A stretch of DNA of 64,000 nt from an uncultured Rickettsiales bacterium (GCA_964558555.1 CAZLEO010000002.1:14612-78611); one strand, 5' to 3'; positions 18,416 to 28,526 are shown, counted from the first letter of the stretch. The notes: generated by a model from the sequence alone, not told the origin. A program made the numbers and translations.

Positions 18416-19672
18416 CTAGGCGGCGTCCTCTCCCAGCCTCCCGAAGTCCGCCCCCGTCGGGTCCTGGAACACCCTCAGGTCGAACTCCGGCACCGCCGCG
18501 AGCAGGTGGTCGAAGACGTCCGCCTGGATGCCCTCGTACTCCACCCACACCGTGGTCCGGGTGAAGACGTAGATCTGGATCGGCAGGCCGTGCTCGGAGG
18601 GGGCGAGCTGGCGCACCAGGAACGTCATGCCCTCGGTGTGGATGTCGGGGTGGTGTTTCAGGTAGGCCGAGACGTAGGCACGGAAGGTGCCGACGTTGGT
18701 GAGCCGACGGCCGTTGACCTTGAGGGTGTCGTCGACCTTGTGGGTGTCGTTGTACTCGGCGACCTCGGCCTCGACCTGTTCGAGGTACTCGCGGATGAAC
18801 TCGATCTTGTGGAAGCGCTCGAGCATCTCCGGCGTGCAGAACCGGATGGAGCTGACGTCGATGTTGATCGACCGACAGATGCGCCGCCCGCCCGAGTCGG
18901 TCATGCCGCGCCAGTTCTTGAACGAGTCCGAGATCAGCGCGTAGGTGGGGATGGTGGTGATGGTCTTGTCCCAGTTCTGGACCTTGACCGTGGTCAGGGA
19001 GATGTCGATCACCGTTCCGTCGGCGCCGTACTTGGGCAACGCGATCCAGTCGCCGAGGTGGACCATGTTGTTGGCGGTGAGCTGGATGCCGCCCACGAAC
19101 CCCAGGATGGGGTCCTTGAACACCAGCATGAGCACCGCGGTCAGCGCGCCGAGGCCGCCGAGGAAGAACTTGGGCGACTCGCCCATGAGGATGGACAGCA
19201 CGAAGATGCCCACCACGAAGGCGATGATCACCTTGATGACCTGGAAGAACCCGCGGATCGGCACGCGCTGGGCCACGTCGAACGTGCGGTAGATGCCCAG
19301 CACGCCGTTGAGCAGGGCGTCCACCACCAGGAAGCCGACGATCAGCATGTAGATGTTGGCCGCGCCGTGGGTGACCGAGATCAGCCGCTCGTGGCCGGCA
19401 AACGGGATCTCGGCGGCGAGGTAGATGACGATGGACGGCGCGAGGTGGGCCGCGCGGTTGAACAGCCGCTTCTCCAGCAGCTGGTCGTCCCACTTGGTGC
19501 CGGACCTGCGGATGGCCTTGGACACCAGGGTGAGCAGGATCCGCTTGGTGATGATGTTGGCCAGGTAGCTCAGCAGGATGACCAGCACCACGAGGATGGC
19601 GCGGGCGGCCAGGTCGGCGACGCCTTCGGTGGCGCCGAGCTTGGTGAGGTAGGGCACGAGGTAGTCGATCAT
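18416..19672 (-). CDS. Mechanosensitive ion channel, MscS family (YbdG/MscM-like)
   Basis: N-terminal TM helices followed by the conserved MscS beta-domain GDWIALPKYGADGTVIDISLTTVKVQNWDKTITTIPTYALISDSFKNW. Confidence 0.85.
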   Translation of the reverse strand: MIDYLVPYLTKLGATEGVADLAARAILVVLVILLSYLANIITKRILLTLVSKAIRRSGTKWDDQLLEKRLFNRAAHLAPSIVIYLAAEIPFAGHERLISVTHGAANIYMLIVGFLVVDALLNGVLGIYRTFDVAQRVPIRGFFQVIKVIIAFVVGIFVLSILMGESPKFFLGGLGALTAVLMLVFKDPILGFVGGIQLTANNMVHLGDWIALPKYGADGTVIDISLTTVKVQNWDKTITTIPTYALISDSFKNWRGMTDSGGRRICRSINIDVSSIRFCTPEMLERFHKIEFIREYLEQVEAEVAEYNDTHKVDDTLKVNGRRLTNVGTFRAYVSAYLKHHPDIHTEGMTFLVRQLAPSEHGLPIQIYVFTRTTVWVEYEGIQADVFDHLLAAVPEFDLRVFQDPTGADFGRLGEDAA

Positions 19673-19752
19673 GGTTCCCTCCCGGGGGGTCGCTGGGGGA
19701 GGGGATGCTACCAGAGTTCGCCGGCGGACGGCTCGTGGCTTAGGATGGAGTC

Positions 19753-21123
19753 ATGGGTGACAAGCTCGACGCAGAACGGACGGTCGTCCTGTTCATCGAC
19801 GACGACGCCACCGGGCGCGAGGTGGCCGCGTACCAGCTGCGTCAGGCCGGGTTCGGCGTGGACCTGGCCGCGGACGGCGTCGAAGGGCTGAGCCGGTTCG
19901 ACCCCCACCGGCACGCCGTGGTGGTCACCGATCTGAAGATGCCCAGGATCGGCGGCATGGAGGTGCTGCAGCGGGTGCGAGAGCAGGCGCCCGAGGTGCC
20001 GGTGCTGGTGATCACGGCGTTCGGGTCGCTGGAGGTGGGCGTGGACGCCATGCGCAGCGGCGCCTACGACGTGCTGGCCAAGCCGTTCCAGGCCGATCAA
20101 CTGCAGCTGATCGTGGCTCGTGCCGCCGAGCGGAGCCGCCTGGCGCAGGAGAACCGCCGCCTGAGGCGCCAGCTCAGTGGCGTGGAACGGCCCATCGTGC
20201 ACGCCTCGGGCGCGATGACCGAGCTGATCGCCACCGTGGACCGCGTGGCGCGGTCCGACGCCACGGTGCTGGTCACCGGAGAGAGCGGCACGGGCAAGGA
20301 GCTCGTGGCGCGGCGGCTGCACGCCCGCAGCGGCCGGTCGGAGGGCCCGTTCGTGGCGGTGAACTGCGCGGCCGTCCCCGCCGAGCTGCTGGAGTCGGAG
20401 CTGTTCGGCCACGACAAGGGCGCATTCACCGGCGCCGCGAGGGCGCGCAAGGGGCGGTTCCGCCGGGCCCACGGCGGCACGCTGTTCCTCGACGAGGTGG
20501 GGGCCCTGCCCGCCGACCTGCAGTCCAAGCTGCTGCGCGTGTTGCAGGAGCGGGTGGTGGACGTGGTCGGGCGCGACGAGCCCGTTCAGGTGGACATCCG
20601 CCTCGTGGCCGCCACCAACCGGGACCTGCGCGCGGCCGCGGTGGGCGAGGAGTTCCGCGAGGACCTGTTCTACCGGCTGGCCGTGGTGGAGCTGGAGTTG
20701 CCGCCGCTGCGCGAGCGGCCCGACGACGTCGAGCCGCTGGCCCGGTATTTCATCGCCCAGGCGGCGCGGGACCGTGGCCTGGATGTGCCCGGCGAGGTCG
20801 TCGAGGCCCTGCAGCTGCGGCCGTGGCCCGGCAACGTGCGCGAGCTCGAGAACGCCTGCGAGCGCATGGCCATCCTGGCCCCGGGCGACGAGGTGCGCGT
20901 CGAGGACCTCCCGCCGGTGCGCGGCCAGCGCCCCGCCGACGGGGACACCTGGCTCGACCACCTGCCCGACGGCATCTCCCTGATCGACCTGGAGAAGCAG
21001 GCCATCGAGCACACCCTGCGGCGCTGCAGCGGCAACGTGTCGGCGGCAGCGCGCGCCCTCGGCGTGCCGAGGCACATCCTGGTGTACCGCATCGAGAAGT
21101 ACGGGATACGCGCGGATGGCTGA
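19753..21123 (+). CDS. Sigma-54-dependent Fis-family response regulator (NtrC-type enhancer-binding protein)
   Basis: REC domain (VLFIDDD...VVVTDLKMP). AAA+ sigma-54 activator with Walker A GESGTGKE and GAFTGA (HDKGAFTGA). C-terminal Fis-type HTH. Confidence 0.9.
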   Translation: MGDKLDAERTVVLFIDDDATGREVAAYQLRQAGFGVDLAADGVEGLSRFDPHRHAVVVTDLKMPRIGGMEVLQRVREQAPEVPVLVITAFGSLEVGVDAMRSGAYDVLAKPFQADQLQLIVARAAERSRLAQENRRLRRQLSGVERPIVHASGAMTELIATVDRVARSDATVLVTGESGTGKELVARRLHARSGRSEGPFVAVNCAAVPAELLESELFGHDKGAFTGAARARKGRFRRAHGGTLFLDEVGALPADLQSKLLRVLQERVVDVVGRDEPVQVDIRLVAATNRDLRAAAVGEEFREDLFYRLAVVELELPPLRERPDDVEPLARYFIAQAARDRGLDVPGEVVEALQLRPWPGNVRELENACERMAILAPGDEVRVEDLPPVRGQRPADGDTWLDHLPDGISLIDLEKQAIEHTLRRCSGNVSAAARALGVPRHILVYRIEKYGIRADG

Positions 21124-22237
21124 TCCGGCCCCCCCCAGCCCCTGGCGGCGCCTGTTCGGCTGGCGCATGGTGCTCGGCGTCTGGCTGCCCATCGCCGTGG
21201 TCAGCGCGGTGCACTACGGCACGCCGCCGTGTCACCACTGGGTGCACGACGTGGCGCGGCGGCTGTACTACCTGCCGATCATCCTCGGCGCGTTCTTCGC
21301 CGGCACGCGCGGTGGGGTGGCCGCGGCCGCGGTCGCGTCGGCCGCGTACCTGCCCCACGCGTTCACGCACATCGCCCACATGGATCCTGGGTCGCCGCTG
21401 GAGAAGTTCCTCGAGGTGGTGCTGTACGGGGTCGTGGGGGTGGTGGGTGGCATGCTGGTGGACCGGGAACGGGCGGAGCGCCTTCGCCAGCAAGACCTGG
21501 CCCGCGAGCTCCAGCGCACCCTCGACGACCTCAAGGAGACCGAGCAGCAACTCGTGCGCAGCGGCCGCCTGGGCGCCCTGGGCGAGCTGACGGTGGGGCT
21601 GGCCCACGAGATCAAGAATCCCCTGCACGCCATGCGCGGCACGGCCGAGATCGTGCGCGACGCCGTCGAGGGCGGGAGCGAACAGCGCCGCATGGCCGAC
21701 CTGCATCTGCAGGAGATCGACCGCCTGTCGGGGGTGCTCGAACGCTTCCTCGCCTTTGCCCGGCCGCAGGTCACGCACCACAAGGAGGTGGATCTGGTCG
21801 ACGTGGTGCGCCGGGTCCAGGACCTGACGGCCGCCCAGGCGCGCAAGGCGGATGTGTCCGTGCGCGCGGATCTGCCCGTGGCGCCGCAGCACGTCCTGGG
21901 TGATCCGGAGCAGCTGGTCCAGGTGGCGCTGTCCGTGGTGCTCAACGCGCTGGACGCCCTGCAGGAGCGCCCTGACGATCGCTGGCTGCGCATCGCCCTG
22001 CGCGACGAGCAGCGCGGCTCGAGGACCTACCGCACCGTCGACATCGCCAACGCCGGCCCCGCGATCCCGGACGAGCTGCTCGAGCGCATCTTCGATCCCT
22101 TCGTGACCACCAAGGACGACGGCACCGGCCTCGGCCTCTCCATCGCCGCGCGCATCGTCGACGCGCACGAGGGCCACATCGAGGCCGTCAACCTCGACGA
22201 CGGGGTCAGCTTCAGGATCAGGGTTCCGGCCGCCTGA
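21116..22237 (+). CDS. Membrane sensor histidine kinase, cognate partner of the sigma-54 regulator
   Basis: Start overlaps the regulator stop (ATGGCTGA). N-terminal TM region with a CHHW motif. H-box LAHEIKNPLHAM. HATPase GLGLSIAARIV. Confidence 0.85.
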   Translation: MADPAPPSPWRRLFGWRMVLGVWLPIAVVSAVHYGTPPCHHWVHDVARRLYYLPIILGAFFAGTRGGVAAAAVASAAYLPHAFTHIAHMDPGSPLEKFLEVVLYGVVGVVGGMLVDRERAERLRQQDLARELQRTLDDLKETEQQLVRSGRLGALGELTVGLAHEIKNPLHAMRGTAEIVRDAVEGGSEQRRMADLHLQEIDRLSGVLERFLAFARPQVTHHKEVDLVDVVRRVQDLTAAQARKADVSVRADLPVAPQHVLGDPEQLVQVALSVVLNALDALQERPDDRWLRIALRDEQRGSRTYRTVDIANAGPAIPDELLERIFDPFVTTKDDGTGLGLSIAARIVDAHEGHIEAVNLDDGVSFRIRVPAA

Positions 22238-25200
22238 GGAACCGCTGCGCCCGCCTCCACAGCAGATACAGCGCCGGCAGCACCACCAGCGTCAGCACCA
22301 AGGACGAGACCATGCCCCCCACCATGGGCGCGGCGATGCGCTTCATGACGCGGCTGCCGGCCTCGGTCCCCAGCAGCACCGGGACGAGGCCGAGCACCGT
22401 GGTGGCGACGGTCATGAGCTTGGGCCGCAGGCGCTCCACCGCGCCCTCGACGATGGAGGCGCGCAGGGCGCCGACCGTGTTCAGGCGGCCCTCCCGCTGC
22501 CAGCGGTGAAAGGCCTCGTCCAGGTACACGAGCATGACCACGCCGGTCTCGGCGGCCAGCCCCGCCAGGGCGATGAAGCCGACGCCCACGGCCACCGACA
22601 GGTTGTAGTCGGCGAGCGCCAGCAGCCACACGCCGCCGACGAGGGCGAAGGGCAGCGAGAGCATGACCAGGCCGGACTCGACGATGGACCGGAAGTGGGC
22701 GTACAGCAGCAGGAAGATCAGGCCCAGCGTCAGGGGGATCATCAGCAGCAGGCGGCGGTTGGCGCGCTGCATGTACTCGTACTGGCCCGACCAGGCGACG
22801 GACACGCCGTCGGGCACGTCCACCTCCGCCTCCACGAGGCGACGGGCGTCGCGCACGTAGCCGCCGATGTCGCCGGTGCGCAGATCCACGTAGACCCACG
22901 CGGTCTGGCGGGCGTTCTCGCTCTTGATGGCCGCGGGGCCATCGCTGAGGCCCACGTCGGCCACCTGGCCCAGGGCCACGGCGTGGCCCAGCGGCGTGGG
23001 CACGGCGATGCGCTTCAGCGCCTCGGGATCGTCGCGCAGGTCCCGCGGATAGCGGACGTTGACGGGGTAACGCTCGAGCCCCTCGACGGTCCAGGTGACG
23101 TTCATGCCGCCGATGGCGGAGCGGACCACGTCCTGCACGTCGGCCACGGTCAGGCCGTAGCGGGCGGCCTCGACCCGGTCCACGTCGATGTCGAGGTAGT
23201 GGCCGCCCATGACCCGGTCGGCATACACCGAGTGGGTGTCCGGGTGGGTGCGCAGCGCCCCCTCGATCTGCTCGGCGACGTCGGCGAGCTGCTGCAGGTC
23301 GTCGCCCATGATCTTCACGCCCACCGGCGTCTTGATGCCCGTTGCGAGCATGTCGATGCGCGTGCGGATGGGCATGGTCCAGGAGTTGGTGAGGCCGGGG
23401 AACTGCACCATCTGATCCAGCTCGGCGATGACGTCCTCGATGGTCTTGCCATCGGGCCACTGCTCCGTGGGGGTGAGCAGGATCGTGGTCTCGAGCATGG
23501 ACAGTGGAGCAGGGTCGGTGGCGGTCTCGGCGCGTCCAGCCTTGCCCAGCACGTGGGCCACCTGGGGGTGGCTGGCGATGATGCGGTCCGTGCGCTGGAG
23601 CACCTCGCGGGCCTCGGCGATGCTGATGCCCGGCGGGGTGGTGGGCATGTACAGCAGGTCGCCCTCGTTGAGCGGGGGCATGAACTCGGTGCCCAGGCGG
23701 GCGGCGGGCCAGGCCGTGGCGAGGGTCAACGCGACGGCGACCAGGACGGTGAGGACGGGGAAGCGCAGCGCGGCGCGCAGGACGGGTCGGTACAGGGCGA
23801 TGGAGGCGCGGGTGATCGGGTGGCGACCCTCGGGGCGGATGCGGCCGCGCACGAGGTAGACCATCAACACCGGCACCACCGTGACCGCGAGCACGGCCGA
23901 CGCGGCCATGGCGAACGTCTTGGTCCACGCCAGGGGCGTGAACAGGCGCCCCTCCTGCTGTTGCAGCGTGAACACGGGCAGGAAGCTCACGGTGATGATC
24001 AGCAGCGAGAAGAACAGGGCCGGCCCCACCTCGCGGGCCGACCGCTGGACCAGCTGGATGTGTGGGAGATCCGGGGTTCGCTCCCGGTGCTTGTGGAGGT
24101 TCTCGACCATCACCACCGAGGCGTCCACCATGACCCCCACGGCGATGGCGATGCCCCCCAGGCTCATGATGTTGGCGTTGATGCCCAGGATGCGCATCAC
24201 CAGCAGCGCCGCGAGCACGCCCGTGGGGATGGTCAGCACGGCCACCAGGGACGACCGCAGGTGCAGCAGGAACAGCGCGATCACCAGCGCCACCACCAGC
24301 ATCTCCAGCAGCAGCTTGGCGGTGAGGTTGTCGATGGCGCGGTGGATCAGCGTCGAGCGGTCGTACGAGGTGTGGACCACCACCCCCTCGGGCAGGCCCT
24401 CGGCGAGCTCGTCCAGGCGCCGCTCGACGCGCTCGATCACCCGCAGGGCGTTCTCTCCGGAACGCATCACGACGATGCCCGAGACCACCTCCCCCTGACC
24501 GTTCATCTCCACCAGCCCGCGGCGCAGCTCCGGGCCGAGGTGTACATGGGCGATCTGCTGCAACAGGACCGGCGTGTGCCGGACCGGATCGATGCCCACG
24601 GGCACGATTTGAAGGTCCTCGATGGACCGCAGGTACCCCTGGCTGCGGACCATGAACTCGGTCTCGGCGATCTCCACCAAGCGGCCGCCGGTGTCGCCGT
24701 TGGATCGCTGGATGGCGCGCTTGACCTGGGCCAGGCTCACCCCGTGGGCCCGCATCTTCTCGGGGTCGACCTCCACCTGATACTGGCGCACGAAGCCGCC
24801 CACGGACGCCACCTCGGACACGCCGTCGAGGGCGGTGAGCTCGTAGCGCAGGTACCAGTCCTGGATCGAGCGCAGCTCGGAGAGGTCGTGGCGGTCGCTG
24901 GTCAGGGTGTACTGGTAGATCCAGCCGACGCCGGTGGCGTCCGGCCCGAGGCGGGGGTTCGCACCCTCGGGGAGCCGGTCTGCGGCCGCGTCGAGCGCCT
25001 CGGCCACGCGGGAGCGGGCCCAGTACTGGTCCGTGCCGTCCTCGAAGATCACGTAGACCATGGACAGCCCGAAGAACGAGTACCCGCGCACGTTGCGGGC
25101 GTAGGGCACCGACAGCAGGGCCGTGGCCACGGGGTAGGTGACCTGGTCCTCCACCACCTGGGGCGCCTGGCCGGGGTGGTCGGTTACCACGATGACCTGC

Positions 25201-25346
25201 ACGTCGGACAGGTCGGGGATGGCGTCCACGGGGGTGGTCAGCAGGGCCCACACGCCGCCGGCGATGAGCATCAGCAGCCCGATCAGCACCATCACGCGGT
25301 TGCGGATGCTGGCGTCGATGATGCTGGCGACGAGGCCGCGTTCCAC
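22218..25346 (-). CDS. CusA/CzcA-family heavy-metal efflux RND transporter, inner-membrane pump
   Basis: 1042 aa with 12-TM RND architecture, typical of the HME-RND family. The 3' end overlaps the kinase gene end by 20 nt, convergent. Confidence 0.9.
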   Translation of the reverse strand: MERGLVASIIDASIRNRVMVLIGLLMLIAGGVWALLTTPVDAIPDLSDVQVIVVTDHPGQAPQVVEDQVTYPVATALLSVPYARNVRGYSFFGLSMVYVIFEDGTDQYWARSRVAEALDAAADRLPEGANPRLGPDATGVGWIYQYTLTSDRHDLSELRSIQDWYLRYELTALDGVSEVASVGGFVRQYQVEVDPEKMRAHGVSLAQVKRAIQRSNGDTGGRLVEIAETEFMVRSQGYLRSIEDLQIVPVGIDPVRHTPVLLQQIAHVHLGPELRRGLVEMNGQGEVVSGIVVMRSGENALRVIERVERRLDELAEGLPEGVVVHTSYDRSTLIHRAIDNLTAKLLLEMLVVALVIALFLLHLRSSLVAVLTIPTGVLAALLVMRILGINANIMSLGGIAIAVGVMVDASVVMVENLHKHRERTPDLPHIQLVQRSAREVGPALFFSLLIITVSFLPVFTLQQQEGRLFTPLAWTKTFAMAASAVLAVTVVPVLMVYLVRGRIRPEGRHPITRASIALYRPVLRAALRFPVLTVLVAVALTLATAWPAARLGTEFMPPLNEGDLLYMPTTPPGISIAEAREVLQRTDRIIASHPQVAHVLGKAGRAETATDPAPLSMLETTILLTPTEQWPDGKTIEDVIAELDQMVQFPGLTNSWTMPIRTRIDMLATGIKTPVGVKIMGDDLQQLADVAEQIEGALRTHPDTHSVYADRVMGGHYLDIDVDRVEAARYGLTVADVQDVVRSAIGGMNVTWTVEGLERYPVNVRYPRDLRDDPEALKRIAVPTPLGHAVALGQVADVGLSDGPAAIKSENARQTAWVYVDLRTGDIGGYVRDARRLVEAEVDVPDGVSVAWSGQYEYMQRANRRLLLMIPLTLGLIFLLLYAHFRSIVESGLVMLSLPFALVGGVWLLALADYNLSVAVGVGFIALAGLAAETGVVMLVYLDEAFHRWQREGRLNTVGALRASIVEGAVERLRPKLMTVATTVLGLVPVLLGTEAGSRVMKRIAAPMVGGMVSSLVLTLVVLPALYLLWRRAQRFLRRPEP

Positions 25347-25356
25347 CGGGTCCTCC

Positions 25357-26568
25357 TCAGTGATCGTGGCCGCGCCGGGACAGCAGGTCGGCGGTGGACT
25401 GGCGCAGCTGGCTCTCCGAGTCGAGCAGGAACTGGCCGGACAGGACGATCTCCTGGCCCTCGTCGAGGCCCGCGAGGATCTCGGTCTCGCCGTTGCCCAC
25501 CAGGCCGGGGATCACATCCACGGCGCGGAACAGGCCGTCGCCCTCGGACACGTAGACCGAGTTGCTGTCGCCGGATCGCAGGATGGCCTCGGTGGGGACC
25601 TTGAGCACCCCCTCGCGGCCCTGCACCCGCAGGGTCACCGTGGCGAACATGCCGGGTCGCAGGGCCAGGTCCGGGTTGTCGAAGGTCAGGCGCACGCGGA
25701 GCGTGCGGGTGCGCTCGTCCAGGGTCGGGTAGAGGTAGTCCACGGTGCCGAGGTAGCGCACGCCCGGGGCGTGGCTGGGTTCGAGCGTCGCGGACTGCCC
25801 CTCGGCGACCCACGGCGCGTCGAACTCGTAGACGTCGGCGAGCACCCAGATGCGGTCCAGGTCGCCGATGTGGAACAGGTCGGCGCCCGCCTTCACGGCC
25901 GAGCCCTCCACCACGTCCTTGTGCAGTACGTGGCCGGCGGCGGGGGCGTACACGGCCACGGCGCGGGAGGCCTGGCCGGCCGCGGCGACGGCGTCGATCT
26001 GGCCGGCGCCCAGGCCCAGGTGCTCCAGCCGCGCCCGGGCGGACCGCGTCAGGGCGGCGTCCTCACCCGACGTGCGGCGGGCCAGCAGGTACTCCTCCTG
26101 GGCAGAGACCAGCTCGGGGCTGTACACGTCCAGCAGGGGCTGGCCGCGGCGTACCTCGTCGCCGGTGCGCGACACGTGCAGGCGCTCGACCCAGCCGTCG
26201 AAGCGCAGGTTGACCGCGTGCAGCTCGTCTTCGGCCACGGCGATCTCGCCGACGGTGCGCACGCCCCGGTCCAGGTCGCCGCGCGTGACCGCGCCCAGCC
26301 GCACACCCATGTTCTGCACCACGCCGGCGTCGAGCTGGAGCTCGGTGACCGCGCCGTCCATGGGCTTCATGGGCGTCAGATCCATCTTGCAGATGGGACA
26401 GAGGCCGGGCCCCTCCTGGATGACGTTGGGGTGCATGCCGCAGGTGTGGAGATCCTCGGCCGGGCCGGCCTCGTGGGCATGGCCGTCGGCCTGGGGAGCG
26501 TCTCCTTCCACATCGAGGAATCCGCAGCCGCTCAGCAGCAGCAACACGACGGTGATCCAGGCTCTCAT
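25357..26568 (-). CDS. CusB/CzcB-family efflux RND periplasmic adaptor with N-terminal heavy-metal-binding domain
   Basis: Lipoprotein signal LLLLSGCG. N-terminal CGMHP...CPICKMDL metal-binding module. A membrane-fusion-protein beta-barrel/lipoyl region follows. RBS GAGGAGG. Confidence 0.85.
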   Translation of the reverse strand: MRAWITVVLLLLSGCGFLDVEGDAPQADGHAHEAGPAEDLHTCGMHPNVIQEGPGLCPICKMDLTPMKPMDGAVTELQLDAGVVQNMGVRLGAVTRGDLDRGVRTVGEIAVAEDELHAVNLRFDGWVERLHVSRTGDEVRRGQPLLDVYSPELVSAQEEYLLARRTSGEDAALTRSARARLEHLGLGAGQIDAVAAAGQASRAVAVYAPAAGHVLHKDVVEGSAVKAGADLFHIGDLDRIWVLADVYEFDAPWVAEGQSATLEPSHAPGVRYLGTVDYLYPTLDERTRTLRVRLTFDNPDLALRPGMFATVTLRVQGREGVLKVPTEAILRSGDSNSVYVSEGDGLFRAVDVIPGLVGNGETEILAGLDEGQEIVLSGQFLLDSESQLRQSTADLLSRRGHDH

Positions 26569-27830
26569 CGGTCCTCCTCGTCGAACACCACACCGCACAG
26601 CCGCTGCACCTCCACCTGGGCGAGGTGGACGTCCACGCCGGAGACGACGGCGTCGCGCTGCATGGCGAGCACCCGCTCCCACGCCTGCACGAGGGTGGGG
26701 AACGCCGCGCGGTCCACCTGATAGGCGGCCAGGGTGGCCTCCCACGTGGCGCGCGCGCCGGGGACCAGGTCCTCGCGGTGGCGCCGCTCTCGATCCGCGG
26801 CGCGTTCCCAGCGGGCCAGGGCAGCGTCGAGCTCCCCCTGCACCCCGGCGCGGGCCGAGTCGAGCTGGTCTGCGGCGGCTCGTGAACGGGCCTCGTGCTC
26901 GGCGGCGCGCGCGCCCCAGCGGCTCTTCGCCGCGGTGGGTAGCGGAATCGCGATCCCCAGCGACGCCTGGTTCATCCCCTCGTCCATGCCGTCGATGGGG
27001 GCGCGGACGCGGTAGCCGGCCCAGACGGTGAGGTCGGGGTGGGCCTCCTGCCGCGCCGCGTCGGCGGCCCGCTGCTCGGCGTCGGCCGCCGCGGCCCCGC
27101 CGCCCAGGGTCGGGCTCTCGCGCAGGGCCGTCTCCAGCAAGGGATCGCGGCGCGGGACCGGCGGCAGGGGAGCGAGGTCGCCGGGGGTGACGACCTCGAG
27201 CGTCCCGTCCAGCTGGACTGCCGCGGCCAGCCCGGCGAGCACCTCGCGTTCGGCGCGGCCGTGGTCCTCGGCCACCTCGTTCAGGTGATCGCGACCCAGC
27301 TGCGCCGAGAGCAGCTGGTACTGCTCGGCGCGTCCCACCTCGTAGCCCGCGCGGACCGCCTCGACGAGCTGTCCGGCCAGGTCCACCTGCTCGTGGGCCA
27401 GGGCGCCGAGCTGGCGGTGCAGGGTGAGGTTCCAGTAGCCGCGACGCACGGCCGCGGCCAGGTCCACCTGCGCTGCGCGCAGCGCCTCGTCGGCCACCTC
27501 AGCTTGCGCCTCGGCGGCGGATCTGCGGTGGGTGAGGGTCCCCGGAGCCAGCAGGGACTGACGCACGGACAGCTGCACGCCGCTCATGGGGTGCACGCCG
27601 GGGTAGGGGGCGGTCACCGGCATGTTGGAGTACTCCAGGCCCAGCAGCGGCTCGGGGCCGGCGCCGGCCTGGGTGATGCGGTGATCCACGGCCGCTGCCT
27701 GCGCCTCGAGGCTCGACAGGGTGGCGTTCGCCTGCAGCGCCGCGCGGACGAGGTCGTCGGGACCCTCCGCGGCGGTCGCGGGTATCGTGGTCGCCGCCAG
27801 GAGGGCGAGCGTGGCCAGGGCGCGGATCAT
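26565..27830 (-). CDS. TolC/CzcC-family outer-membrane efflux protein
   Basis: Signal peptide followed by two OEP coiled-coil/barrel repeats. Its stop overlaps the adaptor start (ATGA). Confidence 0.8.
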   Translation of the reverse strand: MIRALATLALLAATTIPATAAEGPDDLVRAALQANATLSSLEAQAAAVDHRITQAGAGPEPLLGLEYSNMPVTAPYPGVHPMSGVQLSVRQSLLAPGTLTHRRSAAEAQAEVADEALRAAQVDLAAAVRRGYWNLTLHRQLGALAHEQVDLAGQLVEAVRAGYEVGRAEQYQLLSAQLGRDHLNEVAEDHGRAEREVLAGLAAAVQLDGTLEVVTPGDLAPLPPVPRRDPLLETALRESPTLGGGAAAADAEQRAADAARQEAHPDLTVWAGYRVRAPIDGMDEGMNQASLGIAIPLPTAAKSRWGARAAEHEARSRAAADQLDSARAGVQGELDAALARWERAADRERRHREDLVPGARATWEATLAAYQVDRAAFPTLVQAWERVLAMQRDAVVSGVDVHLAQVEVQRLCGVVFDEEDR

Positions 27831-27838
27831 CGACTCGA

Positions 27839-28273
27839 TCAGCCCTCGGCCGGTCTGGCGATGAAGGACTGCGGGTCGGCCTCGAACCTGCCCTGGCAGC
27901 CGGGGCAGCAGTAGCCGTAGTACTTGCCGTCCACCACCGAGAACACGGTCTTGTCCGTGACCAGGAAGGCCTCCCCGCTGACGGGACAGATGCCCTTGGC
28001 GCCGATGTCCGGCTTGCCGCCCCAGGACTTCACGGCGCCCTCCGGGTCCACCTTGGCCATGCCCTCCATCTCCATGGCGGCCTCGCCTGCGGTGGCCTCT
28101 TCGGCCGTGGCGGCGTGGTCGGCCTGCGCGTGTCCCTCGTGGTCCACGTGGGAGTGGGCGGCGTGGTCGTGGTCGTGGGCGTGCTCGTCAGCGGTGCCAC
28201 CACACGCGGCGATGTTCAGGGCGGCCAGCAGGCCGAGGGTCAGGGTCGAGAGGGTGACGGTCGACTTGATCAT
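27839..28273 (-). CDS. His-rich periplasmic metal-binding lipoprotein with YHS domain (probable Cu/heavy-metal chaperone)
   Basis: Signal peptide plus lipobox LNIAACGG. His-rich stretch [26 protein letters not shown] motif ICPVSGE...[14 protein letters not shown]. First gene of the efflux operon. Confidence 0.8.
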   Translation of the reverse strand: MIKSTVTLSTLTLGLLAALNIAACGGTADEHAHDHDHAAHSHVDHEGHAQADHAATAEEATAGEAAMEMEGMAKVDPEGAVKSWGGKPDIGAKGICPVSGEAFLVTDKTVFSVVDGKYYGYCCPGCQGRFEADPQSFIARPAEG

Positions 28274-28304
28274 GGGGGTACCTCCGGTTCGTCGCCGACG
28301 GACG

Positions 28305-28321
28305 TTGCAGGAGGCTTGCCA
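28305..28321 (-). promoter_or_regulatory. Candidate sigma-54 (-24/-12) promoter for the YHS-czcCBA operon
   Basis: The minus strand reads TGGCAAGCCTCCTGCAA, against consensus TGGCAC-N5-TTGCW. GG and GC are correctly spaced, with 2 mismatches. The predicted TSS lies ~20 nt upstream of the start codon. A sigma-54 activator gene is nearby. Confidence 0.5.
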
Positions 28322-28409
28322 GAAACGCGGGATTCGAAAAAGTGCTTTGAAAACAGCCGGATACCGGGACCGCCGTGGGGGCGTGCGGTGGCGATCCGGG
28401 CCCGAGTGC

Positions 28410-28441
28410 ACAATAGTCTGCAACCCGCTGGAGACTATTGT
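28410..28441. promoter_or_regulatory. Perfect 10-bp inverted repeat (ACAATAGTCT-N12-AGACTATTGT) in the nadA upstream region; candidate operator
   Basis: Direct reading. An AT-richer element in a GC-rich intergenic region ~85 nt upstream of the nadA start. Function unknown. Confidence 0.4.
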
Positions 28442-28526
28442 TCATCTTGCCCGCGCCCGCGCGGGGCTTGGACACCCCGGGCAACCGTGCTATGTGAGCA
28501 CCCGACGCAACCGCGGAGGTCCAGCC

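Noticed and set aside
22506-25604. 1032-aa plus-strand ORF
   Set aside because: Antisense to czcA, rich in G/R/H/D/Q runs and without domain signatures. The minus-strand frame encodes a clear RND pump.
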